In this document: positions 9,165-18,317 of the stretch, one piece after another
How positions within the stretch are numbered: the stretch's first letter is position 1
How the letters are laid out: every line of letters begins with the position of its first letter
Assembly: GCA_964490205.1 (NCBI GenBank)
Contig: CAZBCD010000001.1
Span: 1-35,926 of the forward strand
Source of the DNA: an uncultured Pelolinea sp.
GTDB taxonomy: Bacteria > Chloroflexota > Anaerolineae > Anaerolineales > Anaerolineaceae
Direction: 5' to 3'
DNA length: 35,926 nucleotides
The notes under the pieces: model-generated
Database searches by the model: none
What the model saw: only the letters and a program-made list of their open reading frames with translations
What the model was told of the DNA's origin: nothing
Program-made: the position numbers and the translations under genes

Positions 9165-10883
9165 ATGGTTAATACTTTAGTGGTTTCGACAGTAGAAGAA
9201 TTAATGGCATGGGACTGGGCGCAATTCGAGCCGCACTACACTGCGCTGGAAAAAGTTGAATTAACTAAAGCAACCATCTCGGATTGGTTAAAGAAATGGA
9301 CGGCGGTTAGTGATGTGCGCGATGAACTGTACAACCGCCTGTATGTGGCGACAACGGTGAACACTGCTGACGCGACGGCACAGGAGCGGTTTGACCATTA
9401 TATGGAGAATACCTATCCACAGGTGATGGCCGCAGAGCAAAAGTTAAAGGAAAAGCTGCTTGCCAGTGGATTGGCTATCCAGGGGTTTGAGATACCGCTG
9501 CGAAATATGCGTGCGGAAGCGGAAATTTATCGTGAAGAAAACTTATCGCTGCTGGTGGAAGAAGAGAAACTTGGTATCGCACACGATAAGGTGATGGGGG
9601 CGCAGACCGTGAAATGGCAGGGCAATGAGAAAACTGCCCGCCAGATGGAAGTTGTGCTGCGGGAAATCGACCGGGAGACGCGGAGGAAAGGATGGGAACT
9701 GCTGGCTGAAAGGCAGCTTGCAGATCGGGAGGTAATCAATCGGCAGTGGGTGGAATATATGGGGCTGCGCGAGAAAATTGCCGCGAATGCAGGTATGCCG
9801 GATTATCGTTCTTACCGCTGGCAGGTATTGATGCGCTTTGACTATACACCTGATGACTGCAGTATATTTCATGACGCAATTGAGCAAGCGGTTGTACCGG
9901 CCGTACAGCGGATGGCGGAGCGTAGGATGAAGGCACTGGGGGTTGACAGCTTGCGGTATTATGATCTGTTTGTTGACCTATCCGGAAAGCTGCCCTTGAA
10001 GCCGTTCAGCAGTGTGCGCGAGATGAAAGACAAAGCATCGGCGATCTTCCATCGCGTACTGCCGCAGTTCGGTGTGTATTTTGATCAGATGGATGCGGAA
10101 GGTTTATTGGATCTGGATAACCGCAAGAATAAAGCGGCGGGCGGCTACTGCATTGACTTTTCGCATACTGAGCGGCCGTTCATCTTCGCGAACGCTGTTG
10201 GGATCCATGAAGATATCCAGACACTGCTGCATGAAGGCGGCCATTCATTCCACGCGTTCGAATTGTTCAAGCTACCGTATTTCCAGCAGCGCAATGAGAG
10301 CGCTATCCCAATGGAGTTTGCGGAAGTAGCCTCCATGGCAATGGAATACCTGACATCACCTTATTTGGGCAAAGAATTTGGCGGGTTTTATTCTGTAGCA
10401 GACGCTGCCCGCGCACGAGTGGACCATATTGAAACTGATCTTCGCTTCTGGCCGTATATGGCAATTGTGGACGCGTTCCAGCATTGGGTGTATGAGAATC
10501 CGGTGGATGGGAAAGACCCGAATAAATGTGATGCGGCATGGGCGGCACTGGAGAAACGCTTCCGGCCTTATATTGATTGGAATGGATATGAGGAAGTGAT
10601 GATAACTGGGTGGCAGCGTAAAGATCACATCCATCAAGCCCCCTTTTATTACGTGGAATATGGATTTGCACTTCTGGGTGCTGTGCAGATCTGGAAGAAC
10701 GCACTGGAGAACCAGGAACATTCAGTCAGCGCCTATCGGCAGGCATTGGCTTTGGGCGGCACCGCTACCCTTCCACAGCTTTTTAAAACAGCAGGCGCCC
10801 GTTTTACGTTTGACGAAGACACACTGCAGGAAGCAGTGGATTTAATGGAATCCACCATATTAACTCTGGAGCAGTCGTATTAA
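9165..10883 (+). CDS. M3B-family oligoendopeptidase (PepF-like)
   Basis: HEGGH zinc motif, EFAEVAS, KAAGGYC and PFYYVEY. Confidence 0.92.
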   Translation: MVNTLVVSTVEELMAWDWAQFEPHYTALEKVELTKATISDWLKKWTAVSDVRDELYNRLYVATTVNTADATAQERFDHYMENTYPQVMAAEQKLKEKLLASGLAIQGFEIPLRNMRAEAEIYREENLSLLVEEEKLGIAHDKVMGAQTVKWQGNEKTARQMEVVLREIDRETRRKGWELLAERQLADREVINRQWVEYMGLREKIAANAGMPDYRSYRWQVLMRFDYTPDDCSIFHDAIEQAVVPAVQRMAERRMKALGVDSLRYYDLFVDLSGKLPLKPFSSVREMKDKASAIFHRVLPQFGVYFDQMDAEGLLDLDNRKNKAAGGYCIDFSHTERPFIFANAVGIHEDIQTLLHEGGHSFHAFELFKLPYFQQRNESAIPMEFAEVASMAMEYLTSPYLGKEFGGFYSVADAARARVDHIETDLRFWPYMAIVDAFQHWVYENPVDGKDPNKCDAAWAALEKRFRPYIDWNGYEEVMITGWQRKDHIHQAPFYYVEYGFALLGAVQIWKNALENQEHSVSAYRQALALGGTATLPQLFKTAGARFTFDEDTLQEAVDLMESTILTLEQSY

Positions 10884-10906
10884 ATTTTATTACTTTTTTC
10901 TGGTGC

Positions 10907-11464
10907 TTAGTTCTTTTTACGCGCAAATAAACTGGCTAATCCGCTGATAAACAAAATTAAGAAACTGCCGCCAACAAAGGTCCATTTCAAGAAGGTGAAA
11001 ACAGGAGCGAGATTCGCGGAAATGGGGGATAGCGCTGGGTAGCGGCTGATGACAATGGAAGCGGTTATATCTTCAAGAAAATCGAACAGCATTCCCAGGA
11101 TGGGTGCTAGATTAAGCACCTGCCATGGGCTGGTTTCAGGAGTTATTGTACTTAATACCCGGCTGATTGCCGTGGCCAGGAAAAGAGTATAGATAATCGG
11201 GAAAACAAGATCAAAAGAAAAGCGTGCGCGCACATACGAGTCTCGGCCAGCAGAGCCGTACAGTTCTGCCATTTGGTAGAGGTCGTTGGGCGAATAGAAC
11301 AAGGAAAGGTCCGGCGATCCGGAACTGACGCTGTAAACAGCCGCTGCGGCAGATTGACCAGGAAGGACAACCACGCTGAATATCAGGAAGATAACCAGCG
11401 CAGCCAGAGTGATGCTGGTTTTTGAAAATTCAACAAGCGCACGAGATAATCCGCGAAGTAACAT
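10907..11464 (-). CDS. hypothetical membrane protein (about 4 TM)
   Basis: 185 aa with several hydrophobic segments and PDLSLFYS, YG..GR, DLVFP and DFLED blocks. Confidence 0.75.
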   Translation of the reverse strand: MLLRGLSRALVEFSKTSITLAALVIFLIFSVVVLPGQSAAAAVYSVSSGSPDLSLFYSPNDLYQMAELYGSAGRDSYVRARFSFDLVFPIIYTLFLATAISRVLSTITPETSPWQVLNLAPILGMLFDFLEDITASIVISRYPALSPISANLAPVFTFLKWTFVGGSFLILFISGLASLFARKKN

Positions 11465-11520
11465 GATTATGGATTTTATCTGGCTTCAAAAAACCTTGGA
11501 CAGTCTATTTGCTTGTTTTA

Positions 11521-11787
11521 TTATTCCCACTTGTCACGGTTAGCCAAGCCGATGACTAAATAGATCAACCCCAAAACTGATAACACGGAAAAACTGTTAT
11601 TATCAGAAGAAAGCGAGATCGCGATGCCAGCCGGCAGAAAGCAGGCGCCTAGAATAAAGAATATTTTAAAGTTTATTTGCTGCTGTCCCCCCGAGTTTTT
11701 CCTTTTCTGAATGATGAGGTAGACAATGAAACCAAGCAGGATAGCAAAAACGATGAATCCAAGGATCAAGAAAACATTTTCTGACAT
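11521..11787 (-). CDS. small hypothetical membrane protein (3 TM)
   Basis: 88 aa with three hydrophobic stretches, C-terminal GLANRDKW and an AAAGG RBS. Confidence 0.7.
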   Translation of the reverse strand: MSENVFLILGFIVFAILLGFIVYLIIQKRKNSGGQQQINFKIFFILGACFLPAGIAISLSSDNNSFSVLSVLGLIYLVIGLANRDKWE

Positions 11788-11870
11788 GATATGCCTTTTC
11801 TGTAATTAACCAAAGTAATTATAGTGTTATCGCTAAAAGCAAATCCACATATCAAACTGGTTAATACATC

Positions 11871-11899
11871 TTGACGCGTTTTTGGAAATCAAGTATTAT
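11871..11899 (+). promoter_or_regulatory. sigma70-type promoter of the nucleoside operon
   Basis: TTGACG (11871-76)-N17-TATTAT (11894-99). Confidence 0.7.
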
Positions 11900-11942
11900 A
11901 GGTATAATGAATTAAATTGGAACGGGCGAATGACCAGATAAA

Positions 11943-12059
11943 ATGCATACGCAAAAAATAATTCACAAAATTACTGCACACAACCCATTGTTCTACTATA
12001 CTCATTCACTAAAATCCCCCCACTTTATCTACCGCTGGCATGCGGTATGGAAAATATAA
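11943..12059 (+). other. candidate 38-aa leader uORF (MHTQKIIHKITAHNPLFYYTHSLKSPHFIYRWHAVWKI)
   Basis: Open frame read by hand in the operon leader, ending just before two hairpins; no clear RBS. Confidence 0.25.
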
Positions 12060-12157
12060 CATAAGGACCATCAAATAAAATCTACTGATGGTCTCAATTT
12101 ATTAAATGGCGGCCTGCTATTTAATTTTTAAGTTAATCTATTCAAAGGAGGCGCAAC

Positions 12158-12919
12158 ATGGGAAGTCAAGATGTACACAGTGAGCGGCAGCACCATATAG
12201 ACATGGTGAAAGGGGACGTGGCACCGACGGTGTTGATCCCGGGAGATCCAGGGCGGGTAGAAGTATTCGCCAGCCTGATGGATGACGCCAAGAAAGTGGC
12301 GGAAAAGAGGGAATATATTACCTATACTGGCACAAAGGATAGCGTACCGATAAGCTGCACAAGCACAGGGCTGGGGACGCCGCCAACAGCGATTGGAGTA
12401 GAGGAATTGATACGCATCGGAGCGAAGAACATCATCCGGATCGGGACCTGTGGAGCGATCCAGGACTTTCTTGAGCCGGGGCATATGATTATTGCGACGG
12501 GAGCCGTGCGCGGGGAGCATACGAGTGAAGAATTCATTTCGATGGAGTACCCGGCTGTGGCAGATTATCGAGTGGTGAGAGCGCTGGTGGACGCCTGTGA
12601 GAAGTTGGGTTTGCCTTACCATTTGGGTATCATCCGAACGCACGATGCTTTCTATCTTGAATCCCCCTGGGCATTAGGTGATTTTCGGGTACGGCTCAAA
12701 CCATGGGTAGACATGGGTGTACTGGCGTTGGAGAATGAATCATCGACATTATTTACGCTCTGTAGTATGCAGGGCATCCGCGCGGGTACAATTCTGGCGA
12801 GCGGCTACTCGATTTTAGAAGAGCATGACGAAAAGATCCATCATGAGGAAAACATCCGCAAAATGGTGACTGCCGGCATTGAAGCGGCGAAACTGCTGCG
12901 TGAGCGCGAATTGGCGTGA
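12158..12919 (+). CDS. nucleoside phosphorylase (NP-I, uridine phosphorylase-like), paralog 1
   Basis: HHI, PGDPGR, KREY, STGLG, IRIGTCGA, HDAFY and ENES; AAAGGAGG RBS. Confidence 0.92.
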   Translation: MGSQDVHSERQHHIDMVKGDVAPTVLIPGDPGRVEVFASLMDDAKKVAEKREYITYTGTKDSVPISCTSTGLGTPPTAIGVEELIRIGAKNIIRIGTCGAIQDFLEPGHMIIATGAVRGEHTSEEFISMEYPAVADYRVVRALVDACEKLGLPYHLGIIRTHDAFYLESPWALGDFRVRLKPWVDMGVLALENESSTLFTLCSMQGIRAGTILASGYSILEEHDEKIHHEENIRKMVTAGIEAAKLLRERELA

Positions 12920-12943
12920 GGAAACGGAAAAGGAGAAATGAAA

Positions 12944-13690
12944 ATGGAAAAACAACATCATATAGACCTGGTTCCAGGAGATGTAGGTGAAACAGTCTTT
13001 ATTCCGGGTGATGTCCATCGGGCAAAGTTCATTGCAGACCATTTTGATGATGCTGAATTCGTAGCACATAAACGCCAGTACGTAACTTATACGGGAACTT
13101 ATAAAGGCGTCAGAATGAGCGTTACATCAACAGGGATTGGATGTCCCGCGCTGGCGATCGCGGTCGAAGAATTGATCAATGTGGGCGCGAAAAATTTCAT
13201 CCGCATCGGCACTTGCGGCGCGCTGCAAAAGCATGTAAAGTTGGGAGATATCATCATCGCTACCGCGGGTGTGCGCGGTGACGGTACGAGCCGGGAATAT
13301 TTCCCGCTGGAATATCCGGCTGTTGCTGATTTCCATTTACTAGAAGCGCTTGTTCAAGCTGCCGAAGAAAGGGATGTGAAACCGCATGTCGGCATCGTGC
13401 GAGGACATGATGCTTTTTACGCGGAAAGCATTTTAGCAAATGGGGATTATCTTGCTCGGGATAAGGAGTGGATCGAGAGCAATGTATTATCTGTTGAAAA
13501 CGAGACCCCAACCCTATTCACATTGACAACAGTTCGGAAATGCCGCGGCGGGACAATTTTAACGCCCGTTGGACACCACCTATTCCCCGATGAAATGATA
13601 TCTGAAGAAGCGATGAAGAAAGCAATCGCGCTGGAAACGAAGATAGCGCTGGATGCGGCGGTTATTTTAGACGGTATAGAAAATAAGTAG
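12944..13690 (+). CDS. nucleoside phosphorylase (NP-I, uridine phosphorylase-like), paralog 2
   Basis: PGDVHR, KRQY, STGIG, IRIGTCGA, HDAFY and ENET; AGGAG spacing favours ATG 12944 over 12938. Confidence 0.92.
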   Translation: MEKQHHIDLVPGDVGETVFIPGDVHRAKFIADHFDDAEFVAHKRQYVTYTGTYKGVRMSVTSTGIGCPALAIAVEELINVGAKNFIRIGTCGALQKHVKLGDIIIATAGVRGDGTSREYFPLEYPAVADFHLLEALVQAAEERDVKPHVGIVRGHDAFYAESILANGDYLARDKEWIESNVLSVENETPTLFTLTTVRKCRGGTILTPVGHHLFPDEMISEEAMKKAIALETKIALDAAVILDGIENK

Positions 13691-13705
13691 AATCCCAAAA
13701 ATATT

Positions 13706-14992
13706 ATGTCCATTGCCGCATACAACAAACGCGTCGAAGAAAATTACAAGTGGAATTTCTTTTGGATGACGCTTGATAATATGATGTTCTTCTTCATATT
13801 TATGGGGCTTTCACCTTATACAATCCTGCCCTTTTATGTGGGGCACTTTACAGACTCGATGGTCCTGATCGGACTGATACCAACCCTGTTCCTGATTGGG
13901 ACCACACTGCCGCAAATCTTCATGGCAAATTTCCTCCGCAACCGAAGAAAGCGGAAAAAATACCTGGTGATCAGCGCGTCCCTACAACGATTAGCGATCT
14001 TAGGACTGTTCCTGCTTTCGGTTCTGCAGCCAAAATACAATCTCTCGGCTAATTTGACCTTGACGGTGTTCTTCATTATGCACACGCTTCAGCATACCGC
14101 GAGCGGATTCTATATACCTGCGTGGATCGACTTTCTGGGAAAATCGATCCCCAGAAAACGCGGCCTTCTGTTCGGTATTTCTAATTTCATGGGCGGCCTG
14201 ATGGGTTTGGGTATGGGGTGGCTCCTGTCATATCTTTTGGCACGCTATCCCTTTGGCCACGCCGTTCCTGTAATATTCGGAATTTCCTTATCAGCATCAA
14301 TGGTTTCCCTCATAGCGATCCTGTCCTGGCGGGAAGTTGTGCCACCGGAAGAATTTTTTGAGGGTAAAGAGAAGAGTGAGAACACATTTAGAACGACCTT
14401 ACGCAACACCAATTTTGTGAAATATTTACTATGGCGGGGACTGATGGTGATCCTGGAGATCGCGACACCGTTTTACACGATTTCCGCCTTGGAGCAACTG
14501 GCGCTGCATGCTTCGCAGGTGGGTGTATTCACTACGATTTTATCTTTTTCCGAAGCCGTGCTGAATCCGCTTTGGGGATGGATCGGCGACCGGAAGGGTT
14601 TCATCCGAGTTATTCAGATTTCCGCGTTTGCTGGCTCAGTTGGTGCACTGCTGGTTGCCGCCATACCAAGTTTATGGATCTATTACATCACATTCTTCCT
14701 TGCCGGCGCAATGATCAGCGGTTTACAGATATCCAGTCTAAACATTGTGTATGAATTTAGCCCGAAGCAGTTAGTACCACTGTATACGGCTGTCAGCCAG
14801 ATCGCACTCACACCGCTGTCAAGCATTGTACCGACACTGGGCGGATTGATCGTAGAAAAACTGGGCTATTCGACAAATTACTGGTTTGCTGGAATTTTGG
14901 GATTGGTCAGTCTGGTAGGAATTTCCCTTCAGGTAACGAATCCAAAAAGACATAAAAAATCTGACCTGGCACCAAAATTAGAAAAGGCATAA
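13706..14992 (+). CDS. MFS transporter
   Basis: 428 aa, about 12 hydrophobic segments, WGWIGDRKG motif-A and IPRKRG loop. Confidence 0.88.
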   Translation: MSIAAYNKRVEENYKWNFFWMTLDNMMFFFIFMGLSPYTILPFYVGHFTDSMVLIGLIPTLFLIGTTLPQIFMANFLRNRRKRKKYLVISASLQRLAILGLFLLSVLQPKYNLSANLTLTVFFIMHTLQHTASGFYIPAWIDFLGKSIPRKRGLLFGISNFMGGLMGLGMGWLLSYLLARYPFGHAVPVIFGISLSASMVSLIAILSWREVVPPEEFFEGKEKSENTFRTTLRNTNFVKYLLWRGLMVILEIATPFYTISALEQLALHASQVGVFTTILSFSEAVLNPLWGWIGDRKGFIRVIQISAFAGSVGALLVAAIPSLWIYYITFFLAGAMISGLQISSLNIVYEFSPKQLVPLYTAVSQIALTPLSSIVPTLGGLIVEKLGYSTNYWFAGILGLVSLVGISLQVTNPKRHKKSDLAPKLEKA

Positions 14993-15028
14993 GAGAGTTA
15001 AATCACTCTTTTATTTATAGGATAAAAC

Positions 15029-15802
15029 ATGGGAAGTAAAAAAGTGCACAATAAGCGTAAGCATCATATAGACCTGGTCCCGGGTGATGTGGGTGAAACC
15101 GTACTGCTTCCCGGAGATGTAAGTAGAGCTGAGATCATTGCCAGCCACTTTGATGACGCGAAACTGATTGCGCATAAACGACAGTACATTACGTATACAG
15201 GTACATATAAAGGGGTAAAGGTTAGCGTTACTTCTACGGGAATCGGTGGTCCCGCGCTGGCAATCGCGGTCGAAGAATTGATCAAGGTGGGTGGAAAGAA
15301 TTTCATCCGTGTGGGAACTGGTGGGGGGATCCAATCCTGGCTGCCAGTACCTGCCATCATTGTTGGGACAGCAGCAGTACGCGGCGACGGTACAAGCCGG
15401 GAATATTTCCCGCTGGAATATCCGGCCGTTGCTGATTTCCATATGGTCGAAGCGATTATAAATTCAGCAGAAGAATTAGGCGCTGAGGTGTTTCCGGGAA
15501 TCATCCGCGGGCACGACGCGTTTTACGCCGAATCCATTTTTGCTGACAAAGTAGATTATCTTGAACGCGGCCGAGCGTGGATTGATGCGGGAGTGCTAAT
15601 CGTGTCTAACGAATCCTCTACGCTTTTCCCGCTGGCAATGGTCAGGGGCTGCCGGGCGGGTACAATATTAAGCTCAGTAGACTGCCACCAGCGACCGGAC
15701 CTAGTTGCGGCTCCAGAAGTTATAAAAGGAACAATCTCAAATACGATCGATATTGCCCTGGAAGCTGCGGTAAAATTACATAAATTGGATCATGGAGAAT
15801 AA
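15029..15802 (+). CDS. nucleoside phosphorylase (NP-I, uridine phosphorylase-like), paralog 3
   Basis: PGDVSR, KRQY, STGIGGP, IRVGTGGG, HDAFY and SNES. Confidence 0.92.
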   Translation: MGSKKVHNKRKHHIDLVPGDVGETVLLPGDVSRAEIIASHFDDAKLIAHKRQYITYTGTYKGVKVSVTSTGIGGPALAIAVEELIKVGGKNFIRVGTGGGIQSWLPVPAIIVGTAAVRGDGTSREYFPLEYPAVADFHMVEAIINSAEELGAEVFPGIIRGHDAFYAESIFADKVDYLERGRAWIDAGVLIVSNESSTLFPLAMVRGCRAGTILSSVDCHQRPDLVAAPEVIKGTISNTIDIALEAAVKLHKLDHGE

Positions 15803-15815
15803 CGATTAAGGATTC

Positions 15816-17138
15816 ATGATGAAAATACTGATTAAGAATGGAATTGGCTTTTATCCTCCCACCTACAAAGTAAAACCAATCAATATACTGATAAATGACG
15901 GCGTTATCATCCAGGTGAGCGAAAAAGAGATCCCGACTGCACCAGATATGACAATTTATGATGTGGCTGGCAATCTGGTCGTACCCGGTTTTATGGACTG
16001 CCATACTCATCTTTCACAGTCGTTCGGGCGCGGTATTTATGATAACCTGCATCTCACGCAGTGGCTCCTGACGATGATTCATAATTTTGATCTGACGGAA
16101 GAAGAAGCGTATTTAGCCACCCAATTGGGCTGCATTGAAGCGATCAAGTCCGGTACAACTACTGTGGCTGAAATGACAACCGCCGGCCCATACGTTGAGG
16201 CATGCGTGCAGGCAATTGCTGACAGCGGTCTGCGTGGGGACGTGTGCATGGCGCTTGGTGATTTTCAGGAGGGAGATGGCCCCCCACCTGACAAGAATGC
16301 CTCCCAGATGTTGGATGATATGCGCGATCTGTATAACCGCTGGCATGGAAAATTTGATAACCGGATTACCGTACGCGTCAGCCCGGTTGGATTGCCAGCC
16401 TGCACAGAAGAACTGATTCGCGGATCGCGAGACCTTGCGAATGAATTAGGAGTGGGCATCCATATTCATAACTGCGAAGGCGAAACGGAGACCGCCAATG
16501 CGTATGAGCGCTTTAATATAAGCGAAGTTGAGGCATATGAGAAATTTGGATTGCTCGGTCCGGACTGCCAGCTGGTCCATAATATCTGGCTGACTGATCA
16601 TGATAAGGAATTGATCGCGGAATATGATTGCAGTGTTGTAACCTGTCCATCCACAAACACGAAAGTTACCGATGGGATGCCGCCCATGCCTGATCTGCAC
16701 CGACTGGGTGCGAACATCGCCATTGGATGCGATGGGGAATCCAGCAGCGGTACATATGATATGCTGCAGGAAGCGCGCCTTGTGGCCCTGCTAGGAAAAG
16801 TGAGCTCGATGGATGCAGCCATATTCACTGCTGAAGAAACCTTTGAAATGATGACCAAAAACGGCCTCAAAGCGATTGGCTTTGACGCAAAAGTTGGTGA
16901 GATCAAACCCGGTTATCAAGCAGACCTGACGATCATCAAGTATCCTGCTCCTCATTTGATCGATGAGACACGTTTATTATCCTATTTGATCTATTCGGCG
17001 ACGGGCGGGGATGTCCTTTCGGTGCTGGTGGACGGAAAACAGCTCTACTGGAACGGTGAGATGACACAGATTAATGAGGAAGCCGTTATGGCAAAGATCT
17101 TAGATGCCATGCGAAATGGTAAACATTTACTTCAATAA
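15816..17138 (+). CDS. amidohydrolase, COG0402 nucleobase/nucleoside deaminase type (MtaD/SsnA/TRZ-ATZ-like)
   Basis: PGFMDCHTH, GTTT, HIHNCE, LVHNIW, GCDG and G.IKPGYQADL motifs. Confidence 0.88.
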   Translation: MMKILIKNGIGFYPPTYKVKPINILINDGVIIQVSEKEIPTAPDMTIYDVAGNLVVPGFMDCHTHLSQSFGRGIYDNLHLTQWLLTMIHNFDLTEEEAYLATQLGCIEAIKSGTTTVAEMTTAGPYVEACVQAIADSGLRGDVCMALGDFQEGDGPPPDKNASQMLDDMRDLYNRWHGKFDNRITVRVSPVGLPACTEELIRGSRDLANELGVGIHIHNCEGETETANAYERFNISEVEAYEKFGLLGPDCQLVHNIWLTDHDKELIAEYDCSVVTCPSTNTKVTDGMPPMPDLHRLGANIAIGCDGESSSGTYDMLQEARLVALLGKVSSMDAAIFTAEETFEMMTKNGLKAIGFDAKVGEIKPGYQADLTIIKYPAPHLIDETRLLSYLIYSATGGDVLSVLVDGKQLYWNGEMTQINEEAVMAKILDAMRNGKHLLQ

Positions 17139-17257
17139 GAGCATTTTGTTGAAATATTTTGTATAATAATGGTAAAGGAGGCGCATATCGAATAAGTAAT
17201 CTAGAGGATGATTGAATGGGATAGATAAAATCTAATTAAACTAAAGGAGAAGTAGAA

Positions 17258-18289
17258 ATGAAAAAAACTAGTCTAATTGTTTCACTATTAGTAATCTTCA
17301 CATTGGCAATCTCCGCATGCGCGCCAAAAGCGGAGGAGGTTGCTGTAGATGAAGGATTTAAAGTTGCCTACTTAACCGACCTGGGCGGTCTGGCGGGCAG
17401 TGATGAGGTGAAAGGTTTCTCTGACCTGGGCTGGGATGCGGTTCTCCAAGCAGAAGAAGAACTTGGAATTTCCAAGGCGCTTCTTGAAGCCAATGAATTG
17501 GCTGACCTGGAACCCAATCTTGTTAAACTAGCTGAGGAAGGCTATGATCTGCTTGTTTGCGGTGGCTACCTTTTCACTGATGCTGTAAATGCCGTTGCAC
17601 CAAAATATCCTGATACCAAATTCGCAGTTATTGACGGCTACGCTGAAGGTGATAATGTTCAGAACATCGTCTTCGCTTCCAACGAAGGCTCCTTCCTGGT
17701 TGGCGCACTTGCGGCTGGTATGACTGAGACCGGCACGATCGCCTTTATTGGCGGTATGGAAGGTCCACTAATCGAAGCGTTTGAAGCAGGCTACATAGCC
17801 GGCGCGCGCGCGATTGATCCTGATATTGAGGTTCTCTCCGGATACACCGGATCGTTCACTGATGTTGCGGGTGGAAAAGAATTGGCCTTAGCACAATACG
17901 CGCAGGGCGGCGATGTGAACTATGCTGCAGCCGGCGCTTGTGTGTTCGGCGCTATTGAAGCCGCTGAAGAAAATGGTTTCTATGCGATTGGTGTGGACAC
18001 CGATATGGACCATCTGGCACCTGGCGTCGTTCTGACCTCCATGCTGAAGCACGTTGCAATTGGCACCTTCAATACGATTAAGGCAGCCTCCGAAGGTACT
18101 TTCGAAGCAGGATACAAGGTTTATACACTCGCTGATGATACCATTGGATATAGCAAAGGTGATGCCGTAAAGGACATCATTTCTGCTGACCTATACGCAG
18201 CGGTTGATGCGCTTGCTGAAAAGATCAAAGCTGGTGAAATTGTTGTTCCAATGACAGTTGCTGAAGCCGTTGAGTTTACTCTTGACTAA
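17258..18289 (+). CDS. BMP-family (PnrA/TmpC-like) nucleoside ABC transporter substrate-binding lipoprotein
   Basis: Lipobox ISAC, F..NEGSFLVG, FIGGM, FEAGY, GSFTD, AIGVDTD and TSMLK; AAAGGAG RBS. Confidence 0.92.
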   Translation: MKKTSLIVSLLVIFTLAISACAPKAEEVAVDEGFKVAYLTDLGGLAGSDEVKGFSDLGWDAVLQAEEELGISKALLEANELADLEPNLVKLAEEGYDLLVCGGYLFTDAVNAVAPKYPDTKFAVIDGYAEGDNVQNIVFASNEGSFLVGALAAGMTETGTIAFIGGMEGPLIEAFEAGYIAGARAIDPDIEVLSGYTGSFTDVAGGKELALAQYAQGGDVNYAAAGACVFGAIEAAEENGFYAIGVDTDMDHLAPGVVLTSMLKHVAIGTFNTIKAASEGTFEAGYKVYTLADDTIGYSKGDAVKDIISADLYAAVDALAEKIKAGEIVVPMTVAEAVEFTLD

Positions 18290-18317
18290 GTAGCTCATAG
18301 AAAAGTAAAACAGAAAT

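Noticed and set aside
12036-12051. Sigma54-like sequence TGGCATGCGGTATGGA
   Set aside because: It lacks the conserved -12 GC, and a good sigma70 promoter lies upstream.
11900-12157. Purine or 2'-dG riboswitch expected from the operon content
   Set aside because: The conserved aptamer core (TATAAT...ATATGG...GTTTCTACC...CCGTAAA...GACTA) is not present in the required arrangement.
15011-15504. Antisense ORFs that resemble those at 13127-13511
   Set aside because: The similarity only mirrors the DNA identity between phosphorylase paralogs 2 and 3.
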